From an uncultured delta proteobacterium (GTDB lineage: Bacteria > Myxococcota_A > Polyangia > Polyangiales > Polyangiaceae): a stretch of 64,000 nucleotides of DNA. Positions 44,326 through 56,302 of this stretch are shown in pieces. A model generated the notes under the pieces. That model saw only the letters and a list, made by a program, of their open reading frames with translations, did not search any database and was not told where the DNA came from. The stretch covers positions 5,408,001 through 5,472,000 of the forward strand of contig CAWAIF010000003.1 of the NCBI GenBank assembly GCA_963782055.1. Direction: 5' to 3'. Positions within the stretch are counted from its first letter, which is position 1, and each line of letters begins with the position of its first letter. The position numbers and the translations under genes are program-made.

Positions 44326-44759
44326 CCGGCCTTCTTGGAGAGGTCCACCAGCTCGATGCCGAGCTGCTGCGAGACGTCGAAGATCTTCGGGTCACGGTAG
44401 AACTCGCCGAAGACGATGCGCACGATCCCGGCGTTGGCGATGAGGCGGAAGCAGCTCCAGCACGGCGACGCGGTGACGTAGATCGCGGAGCCGTCGATGC
44501 CCACGCCGTTGCGCGCGGCCTGCACCAGCGCGTTGGCCTCGGCGTGGACGGTGCGCACGCAGTGGCCATCCTCCATGAGGTGCCCGACCTCGTCGCAGTG
44601 CGGGAGGCCGCGGATGGAGCCGTTGTAGCCCGTCGCCAGGATGATCTTCTCGCGCACGATGACCGCGCCGACGTGCTTGCGGTCGCAGGTGGCGCGGGTG
44701 GCCACCTCGCGGCCGATGTTCATGAAGTACTCGTCCCAGGAAACGCGCTCTCGAGCCAT
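44322..44759 (-). CDS. dCMP deaminase / ComEB family
   Basis: SWDEYFM, VGAVIV, TGYNG, HAEANA, PCWSC. Confidence 0.9.
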   Translation of the reverse strand: MARERVSWDEYFMNIGREVATRATCDRKHVGAVIVREKIILATGYNGSIRGLPHCDEVGHLMEDGHCVRTVHAEANALVQAARNGVGIDGSAIYVTASPCWSCFRLIANAGIVRIVFGEFYRDPKIFDVSQQLGIELVDLSKKAG

Positions 44760-44861
44760 GCGCCTCGATAGATTGGAAACGCCGGGGAATCAACGCACCC
44801 TCGCCCGGCCCGGACGGGTTTGGCTTGACGAACGGCGCCCGCCGCGGCACTCCCGTACGCC

Positions 44862-45362
44862 ATGCCCCGCAGGCTCGCTGCCTTTCTCGTCCTCGCGTGC
44901 GTCGCCACGTGGGCGTGGCTCGCGCTCGGGGCCGGCGGCGGCGACGACCCGGCCGCCACCGCGGCCATCGTGGCGAAGCTGGAGGCAACCCCCGCGACGA
45001 AGGCGCTGACGGCGGACGCGGTGCGCCGCTCGCGCGCGGCGACGGAGCGTGCCCGCCGGATGCGCGCCGCCGGGGACGAGCCGCACGCGAAGCTCGCCGA
45101 CGGTGTCGCCCGGCAGTGGGCGCTCGTCGGGCAGGCGCTCGCGCAGGCGGCGGTGACCGAGAAGAAGGCGGAGCAGGCGCGGCGTGCCGCGGCCGACGCC
45201 GGCGATCAGGTGGACCGCGAGCGCGCGCTCCTCGAGCAGCAGCTCGCGCAGAACGGCCGCATGGTCGCCGAGCTGGCGGAGCTGGAGGACGGCGGCGCGC
45301 CGGCGCCCCCGCCGAAGAAGGCGCCCCCGAAGAAGGCGCCCACGAAGGGCGGCAAGAAATGA
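44862..45362 (+). CDS. Exported helical/coiled-coil hypothetical protein
   Basis: N-terminal hydrophobic helix, Ala-rich coiled coil, PPKKA repeat tail; ATGA overlap with the next gene. Confidence 0.6.
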   Translation: MPRRLAAFLVLACVATWAWLALGAGGGDDPAATAAIVAKLEATPATKALTADAVRRSRAATERARRMRAAGDEPHAKLADGVARQWALVGQALAQAAVTEKKAEQARRAAADAGDQVDRERALLEQQLAQNGRMVAELAELEDGGAPAPPPKKAPPKKAPTKGGKK

Positions 45363-46450
45363 CCCTCCGCGCGGCGCTCGGCGTCGCTGGCTGCGTCCTC
45401 GCCCTCTCCGCGTGCGCGGGCGATCGCCTGCGCCCCCCCGCGCTGGCCGACGCCGCGCAGGCCGAGCGCTCCCCCGGCGCGCAGGAGGCGAAGCGCCTGG
45501 CGCCTCAGGCGTTCGCCGAGGCGGCGGCGGAGCGCAGGCTCGCCGACCAGGCCTTCGCCGACGGCGACGACGTCGCGGCGTCGCTCCACGCCGAGCAAGC
45601 GATCGCCGGCTACCAGCGCGCGCTGATGCTCGCGCGGCTGGCCCGCGCCACGACGGACCTGACGAAGGCGACGGCGGAGCAGCGCTCCAAGGAGCAGGAG
45701 CTGCGGTCGCTGACCGCCGCGCGCACCGACGCCGACAAGGCGGGGGACGATCTGCAGAAGCGCATCGCCGTCGCCCGCGAGCTGCGCGCCCCCGCCCCCG
45801 CCGGTCCTGCCGACGCCAAGCGCGAGGCCGCCCGCATGGTGGCGGCGCGCTCGCTCGCGGTGCAGGCGCGGCTGCTGTGCGGCGCCGCGCACCTCGTCTC
45901 GCCCTCGCTCGCCGGCCTGGAGAAGGCGGAGCACGCGGTGTCGGACCTGGAGAAGAAGCTCGACGCGCACCCGAAGACCGCGCCCATCGACGACGCCGCG
46001 CAGGCCCGGGTGAGCTGCCTGGACCTGCTCACGCACGCGCGGCGCAGCACGGTCGCCGCCGGCAAGACGGCGCCCGACGCGCTGCTCGCCGAGCTCTCCG
46101 CCGCGGGCATGTCGCCCTCGCGCGACGAGCGAGGCGTGGTGGTGACCCTGCGCGACGTCTTCCACGGCAACGCGGTGACGCCGCAGGCGAAGAAGCAGCT
46201 GGAGTCTCTCGGTCGCGTCGCGGCGGCGCACGCCGACGTGGGCGTGCAGGTCGTGGTGCACGAGGCCACGCCCCGCGCCGGCGGGGAGGCCCGGGCGAAG
46301 ACGGCGGCGGCCGCGCTGGTCTCGGGCGGCGCGGCGGCGGACAAGGTGGTGAGCGAGGACGCCGGCACCCGCGCCCCCATCGTGGACCCGGCGGACACCA
46401 AGAACCGCGGGCGGAACACGCGGGTAGAGATCGTCTTCGTGACGCGCTAG
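45359..46450 (+). CDS. Lipoprotein with coiled coil and degenerate OmpA-like C-terminal domain
   Basis: Lipobox LSAC; RDERGVVVTLRDVF...AKKQLESLG...NRGRNTRVEIVF. Confidence 0.7.
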   Translation: MTLRAALGVAGCVLALSACAGDRLRPPALADAAQAERSPGAQEAKRLAPQAFAEAAAERRLADQAFADGDDVAASLHAEQAIAGYQRALMLARLARATTDLTKATAEQRSKEQELRSLTAARTDADKAGDDLQKRIAVARELRAPAPAGPADAKREAARMVAARSLAVQARLLCGAAHLVSPSLAGLEKAEHAVSDLEKKLDAHPKTAPIDDAAQARVSCLDLLTHARRSTVAAGKTAPDALLAELSAAGMSPSRDERGVVVTLRDVFHGNAVTPQAKKQLESLGRVAAAHADVGVQVVVHEATPRAGGEARAKTAAAALVSGGAAADKVVSEDAGTRAPIVDPADTKNRGRNTRVEIVFVTR

Positions 46451-46519
46451 CCGCGTCCGGTGCACGCCGACGCCGGGGGTGACTTTCCCTCGCGGGCTCG
46501 GGTACCCTTGCGGCCCAGG

Positions 46520-47218
<699 letters not shown>

Positions 47219-47317
47219 GAGGAGTGAAGCGGGCCCTCCGCCGCGCGTGGGGCGCCCACAAACGACGAGAGGCGCAGCTCGCGCCGCGCCTCCCGCCGTC
47301 TCCCACCGCGTTCTAGG

Positions 47318-49831
47318 TCACTCGGTGCCCGCGTCGGCGGCGCCGGAGGCCTCGATGCACTGCAGGCTGATCTGCGTGCCGGTCGCCGGCTGGCCGGTGG
47401 CCGAGAACTTCACGGCCTGCGGGCAACCACCCGCGGACGCGCCGGTCACGTAGCACCAGCCGGGTGTCTGCGTACCCTCGCACGAGCCGGTGAAGTCGGT
47501 CCCGGGTACGAGCTGGGCGAGCTGACAGACCGGGCCGAGATCGGCCTCCGTCGCCTGCGGAGTGACCTTCTGGAGGTCCGCCAGGCGCTGCTCGTTGAAG
47601 CGCTTGAGGATCTCCGGGTCCACCTGGCTGAGACCCTTGTTCGGGTCGCACGCCGTGCTCTGGTCCACGCCGGGCTGGAACACCACCAGGACGAGGCAGG
47701 GCACCGTGCCGTCCTGCGCGGGCGTGAGCTGCTGGGGCAGGCACTGGCCGGCGAGGGCGTTCTTCAGGCGGTCGATGATGGCGCGGACCGCCGGGCGGTA
47801 GCCGAAGTTTGGCTTGCTCTGGTCGGTCACGTTCTGCGCGCAGATGGACGCGACGACCGCCTGGGCGCCGAGGCCCTTGGCGACGCGCAGCTCGCGGATG
47901 GTCGGGTACGCCTTGCCCTTGACCTGCGTGGTGCTCTGCGGGCTGCCGCAGAGGGGCGGTCCGTCGGCGGCGGTGCCCGCGGAGTCGGTGCAGTCGCAGG
48001 CGTTCTTGTTCTCCGGCGCGGTGCAGTCCTTCGGCGACGGGAGGTCGAAGGTGCAGGCGTACTGGAGGTCGAGGCCAACCGCGGAGGTGGTGGTGTTCCA
48101 CTCACGCCCGTTGATCGGGTCGTTGGCGCCGCCGTTCGGCGGGGTGAGCCCGGCGCGCGGGGTGATCGACTCGATCATGTGCGGGTCGATGCCCGTCAGG
48201 TCGAAGTTCTGCGGGTCCTTGCCCACGATCTTCTGCCAGTCGGAGGCGTCCAGGGCGGACTTGAAGTTGCCCTGGGAGTCCTGGATGAGCTGGTTCGGCA
48301 CGCCGCCGATGATGGCGAAGAAGACCAGGTCGGGCGTGCGCGGCCCGAGCGGCAGGTCGCAGAGGGCGCCGGTGTCGTTCGGGTCGGTGGGCAGCGGGCC
48401 CTTCGCGAAGAGGGGGTTGGTGCAGTTGCGCACCGAGTCGTACGGGGCGGACGCGCCGCGGTGCGACTCGTGATCGCGATCGGGCACCTTGAGCGACTGC
48501 AGGCCGTCGATGTAGCGCTGGATGTGGAACTGCGGGTTGTACCCGTAGCGCGCCTTCATGTTGTCGGTGTACCGGACGTTCACGTTGTCCTGCTGCGCCG
48601 TGTAGAAGCCGAGGCAGCTGGAGCCGCACGACGTCTGGCAGTTGGAGTCCTGCGCGATGGGCGTGCCGTCCGCCTTGCTGCCGACGAAGCCGCACGAGGT
48701 GCAGTTGGGGTCGTTGGGGCCCGTCGTCGTCTCCTGGCCGACGGTGGGCGCGGCCGGGCTGAAGGCACCGTTCTGGAAGGTGCCGCACTCGTGGGTGGGC
48801 AGCGGCGCTTGCTGGCCGGTGGGCGAGCCCGGGTAGGCCAGCGTGCGGGTGACCCAGCCGCGACCGCCGATGGCCAGCGGGTCGCTCCAGGAGTCCTCCT
48901 CGTCGGTGACCATGATGATGGCGACCAGCGAATCCTCACGGAGAAAGTCGTGGCGCTGCTTCAGGATCGTGGCGTCCACGCCGACGAGCTGCGCCTTGGC
49001 GGGGTTGCCGCTGTTGGGGTCCAGGGTGATCTGGTCCCAGGGGTCCGGCTGGACGAGGAAGTGGTACCAGGACTCCAGCTGCGCCTCGAGGCCGCAGCCG
49101 TACTCCTGCACGCCCTGGACGAGGCTCTGGAAGTCGGTGATGAGGGTCTGCTCGTCCGCCGCCGTGGTGTAGGGCGTGACGTTCGGCTGCGCCTTGCCCG
49201 CGTTCTTGGGCTCGGCGGAGGGGAGCCAGGCGAGGAAGTTGCCGCCGGTGCCGTCCACCGGCTTGGCGTTGTTGACCGGGTCCTCGATGCCGCTGGCAGG
49301 CGGATTGTTGAGATCCGGCTTCTTGCGGTTGATGAGGTGGCCCTTGTCGTTGTTGTGGCGGTTGAACTTGCTGAGCTGCGGGATGGGGTTGATGTCGTCG
49401 TCCTTGCAGATGTCCGGCGCGCCGCCCGCGCCCAGCGCGGAGGTGACGATGCCGATGTGCATGTCGTAGACGGCGGGGAACTCTTCCTTCGACCCGTCGG
49501 GGCAGGCGCCGTTGACGCGGGCCACGATCGAGTTGGGGTCCGTCGCGTCGGTCAGACAGTTGGGCTCCAGCAGGCGGGTCACCATGTCGGGCACCGCCAG
49601 CGCCAGGAGCTCCTGCTTGTCACCCATCGACGCCGAGTTGTCGATCGCGAAGAGGAGGTCGACCTTGTCGACGGCCTGCTGTTTCACGACCGCGGTGAAG
49701 CTGGTCTTCGTCGTGGGGGTGAGCCCGGCGACCGGGCGGGTGAGGCAGCCGAAGCCGAGGACGCCCCCGAGCATGCCGGCCACCACCAGCCCTCGGGCGA
49801 TCTTCGACTTGAGAGACTTCTTCTCGACCAT
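47318..49831 (-). CDS. Cys-rich VWA/MIDAS-domain lipoprotein, paralogue A
   Basis: Lipobox GFGC; VDLLFAIDNSASM (DxSxS), GCGLEAQLES, IMVTDEED; more than 25 Cys. Confidence 0.85.
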   Translation of the reverse strand: MVEKKSLKSKIARGLVVAGMLGGVLGFGCLTRPVAGLTPTTKTSFTAVVKQQAVDKVDLLFAIDNSASMGDKQELLALAVPDMVTRLLEPNCLTDATDPNSIVARVNGACPDGSKEEFPAVYDMHIGIVTSALGAGGAPDICKDDDINPIPQLSKFNRHNNDKGHLINRKKPDLNNPPASGIEDPVNNAKPVDGTGGNFLAWLPSAEPKNAGKAQPNVTPYTTAADEQTLITDFQSLVQGVQEYGCGLEAQLESWYHFLVQPDPWDQITLDPNSGNPAKAQLVGVDATILKQRHDFLREDSLVAIIMVTDEEDSWSDPLAIGGRGWVTRTLAYPGSPTGQQAPLPTHECGTFQNGAFSPAAPTVGQETTTGPNDPNCTSCGFVGSKADGTPIAQDSNCQTSCGSSCLGFYTAQQDNVNVRYTDNMKARYGYNPQFHIQRYIDGLQSLKVPDRDHESHRGASAPYDSVRNCTNPLFAKGPLPTDPNDTGALCDLPLGPRTPDLVFFAIIGGVPNQLIQDSQGNFKSALDASDWQKIVGKDPQNFDLTGIDPHMIESITPRAGLTPPNGGANDPINGREWNTTTSAVGLDLQYACTFDLPSPKDCTAPENKNACDCTDSAGTAADGPPLCGSPQSTTQVKGKAYPTIRELRVAKGLGAQAVVASICAQNVTDQSKPNFGYRPAVRAIIDRLKNALAGQCLPQQLTPAQDGTVPCLVLVVFQPGVDQSTACDPNKGLSQVDPEILKRFNEQRLADLQKVTPQATEADLGPVCQLAQLVPGTDFTGSCEGTQTPGWCYVTGASAGGCPQAVKFSATGQPATGTQISLQCIEASGAADAGTE

Positions 49832-49913
49832 GGGAGCGCTCCTCCAGCGCGGGCGCGGCCCGCGCAAGCCTCGACAGTAGGGCCCCGGTGGACCCTGGAC
49901 CGGCTGCCAGTAA

Positions 49914-49997
49914 AGCACAGGCCGGGCCAGGGAAGGAAAGGGGAAATTGCCCGGCGGGACGCGGATTTGCCGGGGGCGCGGCGCCAACGACGTTGGC
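49914..49997 (-). promoter_or_regulatory. Sigma54-like promoter plus upstream palindrome (paralogue A)
   Basis: Minus CTGGCCCGGCCTGTGCT (49930-49914); GCCAA-CGACG-TTGGC at 49983-49997. Confidence 0.6.
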
Positions 49998-50029
49998 AGC
50001 CCGTAACCGGGGTGGGCATCGCTGCGGCC

Positions 50030-52510
50030 CTACTCGATGCACTGCAGGCTGATCTGGGTGCCGTTCGCCGGCTGGCCTCCCGCCGAGAACTTGATGGCCT
50101 GAAGGCACTCGCCGGCGGGGGAGCCCTCGACGTAGCACCAGCCTGCGGCCTGGGAGGACTCGCAGGTGTCCTTGAAGTCCACGTCGGGGACGAGCTGCGC
50201 CAGCTCGCACGCCGGCCCCAGGTCCGCCTCGGTGGCGCCGGGCTGCACCTCGCGCAGGTCGGCGAGGCGTTGCTCGTCGAAGCGCTTCAGGATCTCCGGG
50301 TCCACCGGGCCGAGGCCCTTCGCCGGGTCGCAGGCCGTGTTCGGGGGGGTGTCCTTCGGGAAGACGACGAGCACCAGGCACGGGACGGTGCCGTCCTGAG
50401 GCGAGCGGGAGAGTGGGTGAGGCAGGCACTGCCCGCCGAGGACCTGCTTGAGGCGGTCGACGATCGCGCGGATCGCCGGGCGGTATCCGAAGTCCGGCCG
50501 GGTGGCGTCGGTGACGTTCCGGGCGCAGATGGAGGCGACCACGCCCTGCGCGCCGAGGCCCTTGGCCACGCGCAGCTCGCGGATGGTGGGGTAGGCCTTG
50601 CCCTTCACCTGCGTGCTGCTCTGCGGGCTGCCGCAGAGCGGCGGGCCGTCCTTGGCCGTGGCGGCGTTCAGGATGCAGTCGCATGCGTTCTTGTTCTCGT
50701 CGGTGGTGCAGTCCTTCGGCGTGGGCAGGTCGAAGGTGCAGGCGTACTGGAGGTCGAGGCCCACCGCGGAGGTGTGGGTGTTCCACTCGCGGCCTTCGAT
50801 CGGATCCGTCGGCGCGTCGCTGGGCCCGGGGAGGCCCGGACGCGGGGCGATGGATTCGATCATGTGCGGGTCGATGCCGGTCAGGTCGAAGTCCTGCGGG
50901 TCCTTGCCGACGATCTTCTGCCAGTCCGCGGCGGTGAGCTGCGACTTCAGGTTGCCCTGCGCGTCCTCGATGAGCTGGTTGGGCACGCCGCCGATGATGG
51001 CGAAGAAGACGAGGTCGGGGGACCGGGGGCCACGCGGCAGGTTGCACAGGTCGGCGCCCGGGTCGGTGGGCAGGGGACCCTTGGCGAAGAGCGGGTTGGT
51101 GCAGTTGCGGTCGGGCTGGTAGGGCGCCGACGCGCCGCCGTGCGGCTCGTGATCGCGGTCGGGGACCTTCGGCGACTGCAGGCCGTCGATGTAGCGCTGG
51201 AGGTGAAACTGCGGGCTGTAGCCGTAGCGCGCCTTCATGTCGTCGGTGTAGCGGACGTTCAGGTTGTCCTGGTCTGGCGTGTAGAAGCCGGTGCAGGCCG
51301 CGCCGCACGAGGTCTGGCAGCTCGGGTCGCTCGCGATGGGCGTGCCGTCGGCCTTCTCGCCGACGAAGCCGCAGGAGGTGCAGTTGGGATCGTTGGGGCC
51401 GGTGGTGCTCTCCTGACCGACGACGGGCGAGGACGGGACGAAGACGCCGTTCTGCACGGTGCCGCACTCGTGGGTGGGGAGCGGCGCCTGCGCGCCGGTG
51501 GGCGAGCCCGGGTACGCCTGCGTCCGGGCGACCCAGCCGCGGCCGCCGACGGAGAGCGGATCGCTCCACGAGTCCTCCTCGTCGGTGACCATGATGACGG
51601 CGACGAGGGAGTCGTCGCGCAGGAAGTCGTGGCGCTGCTTCAGCAGGGTGGTGTCGATGCCGACGAGCTGCGCCTTGGGCGGGTTGCCGCTGCTGGGGTC
51701 GAGGGTGATCTGGTCCCAGGGATCGGGCTGGACGAGGAAGCGGTACCAGGACTCCAGCTGCGCTTCCAGGCCGCAGCCGTACTCCTGCACGCCCTCGACG
51801 AGGCTCTGGAAGTCGGCGACGAGCGACGCCTGCTGGCTCGCGTCGGTGTAGGCGGTGACGTCGGGCGCGGGCCTGCCGGCGTTCTTCGGGTTGCTCGACG
51901 GGAGCCACGCGAGGAAGTCGCCGCCGGTGCCGTCGAGGGGCTCGGCGGCGTCGACCGGATCCTCCACGCCGCCGGGCGGGGGGCTGGCGAGGTCCGGCTT
52001 CTTGCGGTTGATCAGGTGGCCCTTGTCGTTGTTGTGGCGGTCGAGCTTGGAGAGCTGCGGGACCGGGTTCTGGCTGCCCGTTCCCGTCTCCGGACAGATG
52101 TCCGGCGCGCCGCCGGCGCCGAGCGACGAGGTGACGACGCCGATGTGCATGTCGTAGACGGCGGGGAACTCCTCCTTCGAGCCGTCGGGACAGACGCCGT
52201 TGACGCGCGCGACCACCGAGCCGGGGTCCTGCGCGTCGGTGAGGCAGTTGGGGGTCAGCAGGCGGTCGATGAGATCCGGCACCGCCTTCGCCAGCAGGTC
52301 CTGCTTGTCCCCCATCGACGCGGAGTTGTCGATCATGAAGAGGAGGTCCACCTTGTCGACCTGCTGCTGCTTCAGCGTCTCCTCGACAATCTCGCTCCTG
52401 GTGGGCTTCACCCCGGCGACGGGCCGGGTCAGGCACCCGGCGCCGAGCACGCCGGCGAGCGAGGCCGTGATGACGAGAGACCGTGTTGCGCTTCGCTTGC
52501 TTGCGGACAT
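50030..52510 (-). CDS. Cys-rich VWA/MIDAS-domain lipoprotein, paralogue B
   Basis: Lipobox GAGC; VDLLFMIDNSASM; colinear with and highly similar to paralogue A; GGAGG RBS. Confidence 0.85.
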   Translation of the reverse strand: MSASKRSATRSLVITASLAGVLGAGCLTRPVAGVKPTRSEIVEETLKQQQVDKVDLLFMIDNSASMGDKQDLLAKAVPDLIDRLLTPNCLTDAQDPGSVVARVNGVCPDGSKEEFPAVYDMHIGVVTSSLGAGGAPDICPETGTGSQNPVPQLSKLDRHNNDKGHLINRKKPDLASPPPGGVEDPVDAAEPLDGTGGDFLAWLPSSNPKNAGRPAPDVTAYTDASQQASLVADFQSLVEGVQEYGCGLEAQLESWYRFLVQPDPWDQITLDPSSGNPPKAQLVGIDTTLLKQRHDFLRDDSLVAVIMVTDEEDSWSDPLSVGGRGWVARTQAYPGSPTGAQAPLPTHECGTVQNGVFVPSSPVVGQESTTGPNDPNCTSCGFVGEKADGTPIASDPSCQTSCGAACTGFYTPDQDNLNVRYTDDMKARYGYSPQFHLQRYIDGLQSPKVPDRDHEPHGGASAPYQPDRNCTNPLFAKGPLPTDPGADLCNLPRGPRSPDLVFFAIIGGVPNQLIEDAQGNLKSQLTAADWQKIVGKDPQDFDLTGIDPHMIESIAPRPGLPGPSDAPTDPIEGREWNTHTSAVGLDLQYACTFDLPTPKDCTTDENKNACDCILNAATAKDGPPLCGSPQSSTQVKGKAYPTIRELRVAKGLGAQGVVASICARNVTDATRPDFGYRPAIRAIVDRLKQVLGGQCLPHPLSRSPQDGTVPCLVLVVFPKDTPPNTACDPAKGLGPVDPEILKRFDEQRLADLREVQPGATEADLGPACELAQLVPDVDFKDTCESSQAAGWCYVEGSPAGECLQAIKFSAGGQPANGTQISLQCIE

Positions 52511-52604
52511 GACAGACCTCCTCCGTCGCGGCACGCGTACCGCGCAGTCTCGATGATTCGGCCCGGCCGCCGCCGCGGTGGGCCGTTGCGTTTCTCCGTG
52601 CCAA

Positions 52605-52688
52605 CGCACGGAACGGGCCAGGCGACGAATGCCTGTTTGCGACCCCAAACAGCGAATCACCGCGCGGCCGGGCGCCAACGCGATTGAC
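52605..52688 (-). promoter_or_regulatory. Sigma54-like promoter plus upstream palindrome (paralogue B)
   Basis: Minus CTGGCCCGTTCCGTGCG (52621-52605); GCCAA-CGCGA-TTGAC at 52674-52688. Confidence 0.6.
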
Positions 52689-52758
52689 GTCGCGCAACCG
52701 TGGTGGGCGGCGCGGCGTCAGTCTCGAATGACCGCGGCGCCGCCGTTCCGTCGGGCGC

Positions 52759-54927
<2,169 letters not shown>

Positions 54928-54995
54928 GGCCGGGAGAAAGATACTCACGCGCGCGGAGGATCCCAAGCCAGCCAGCTCGAGCACGTCCAACGCGC

Positions 54996-55538
54996 ATGGG
55001 AAGACGTGTCTTCGCCCTGCCGGCCGTGGTGTGCGCGGTGCTCTGCCTGGCGAGCGCTTCGCCCGCGAGGCCTCCGCCCCGCGTCACCCGCGTGGTCGTG
55101 AAGAAGTGGCCGCACACGCTCACCCTCTACGCGGACGGCGCCGTGGTGAAGACCTACAGGGTGGCGATCGGCCCCGGCGGCCCCGGGTTCAAGCGTCAGG
55201 AGGGCGACCAGGTGACGCCCGTCGGCCACTACCACGTGGTGTCGCGGCAGCCCTCGCAGTTTCACGTCTTCATGCGGCTGGATTACCCCAGCAAGGAGGA
55301 CTGGGCGCGCTTCGCCAGGCTGAAGGCGAGCGGCGCGCTCTCGAAGAAGGCGACGATCGGCGGGGACATCGGGATCCACGGGGCGCCGCCGCAGCCGGAG
55401 TGGAAGGCCATCCACAAGACGGTGGACTGGACGCTCGGCTGCATCGCGGTGGACGACGACGAGATTGAGGAGATTGCGCGGCTGGTGAAGGACGGCACGC
55501 CGGTGGACATCGAGGACGGGCCGCCCCCCTCTCCCTGA
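54996..55538 (+). CDS. L,D-transpeptidase (YkuD family)
   Basis: Signal peptide; KRQEGDQVTPVG.Y, LDYP, GGDIGIHG, WTLGCI. Confidence 0.88.
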   Translation: MGRRVFALPAVVCAVLCLASASPARPPPRVTRVVVKKWPHTLTLYADGAVVKTYRVAIGPGGPGFKRQEGDQVTPVGHYHVVSRQPSQFHVFMRLDYPSKEDWARFARLKASGALSKKATIGGDIGIHGAPPQPEWKAIHKTVDWTLGCIAVDDDEIEEIARLVKDGTPVDIEDGPPPSP

Positions 55539-55539
55539 G

Positions 55540-55578
55540 CCTCACCCCCCGGCCCCTCTCCCTGAGAGGGAGAGGGGG
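55540..55578 (+). repeat. REP-like palindromic element, copy 2
   Basis: CCTCACCCCCCGG-CCCCTCTCCCT-GAG-AGGGAGAGGGG(G), nearly identical to 6703-6742. Confidence 0.75.
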
Positions 55579-55588
55579 CGAAGGGAGG

Positions 55589-56302
55589 TCAGGGGGTGAC
55601 GGGCTCGGTGCGGAACTTCAGGGTCTTGTCGCTGGTGCCGATCTGCCGGACGAACAGGCCGACGAAGGACCCGAAGAGCGCGTCGCTCGGGCCGATGCCG
55701 GTGGAGCCCGTCGGGCGCGAGACCCAGCGGCGCATCTGCTCGAGCATCTGCGGGGAGATGGGGTTGACCTCCACGATGACACCGAGGAAGTGCGGCACCG
55801 GCTTGAGCAGCGCCTTGTCGACGATGGGCAGGTCGCGCGCCTCGAAGCACTGGCGGAGCACGCCGTCGGTGCTCACCGCGGCGATGTCGCGCTCCGACCC
55901 GGTGCCGCCCGCGACGGGGCTGGTGATCTTGATGCGATAGACCTCGTCCCAGAGGTCGTAGACGACGCGGCAGCTCCGCACGGCGAGGGCGACGGGCTCG
56001 GTCTGGCCCTGCGGGATGACGTACGCGCGCATCGCCACCACGGTGGGCAGGCCGCTGGAGAGCTTGGCGAGGATGTGCGCGTCGGCGGCGTCGCGGAAGG
56101 AGAAGCTCGCGTGGAGCACGGTCTTGACCGGCGCGCCGCCGGGGGCGGCGACCTTCACCCACGCGAAGTTGGCCTGGCGCTCCGGGAGGGTGCTCGGCTT
56201 GGCGGGCGCGCCGGCCGGCTCGTCGGCGCGGGCGATCGACGGCGGCGCGATCGCCGCGACGAAGAGCCACGCGGCCAGGAGCAGGCGGGACGCCCGCCTC
56301 AC
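55589..56302 (-). CDS. Exported protein, DUF4390-like
   Basis: Signal peptide; KLSSGLPTVV, VVYDLWDEVYRI, LFGSFVGLFV; GTGA overlap with the upstream OMP gene. Confidence 0.6.
   Translation of the reverse strand: MRRASRLLLAAWLFVAAIAPPSIARADEPAGAPAKPSTLPERQANFAWVKVAAPGGAPVKTVLHASFSFRDAADAHILAKLSSGLPTVVAMRAYVIPQGQTEPVALAVRSCRVVYDLWDEVYRIKITSPVAGGTGSERDIAAVSTDGVLRQCFEARDLPIVDKALLKPVPHFLGVIVEVNPISPQMLEQMRRWVSRPTGSTGIGPSDALFGSFVGLFVRQIGTSDKTLKFRTEPVTP

Noticed and set aside
52586..52604. Second sigma54 candidate TTGGCACGGAGAAACGC (minus strand)
   Set aside because: GG-to-GC spacing is 11 rather than 10.
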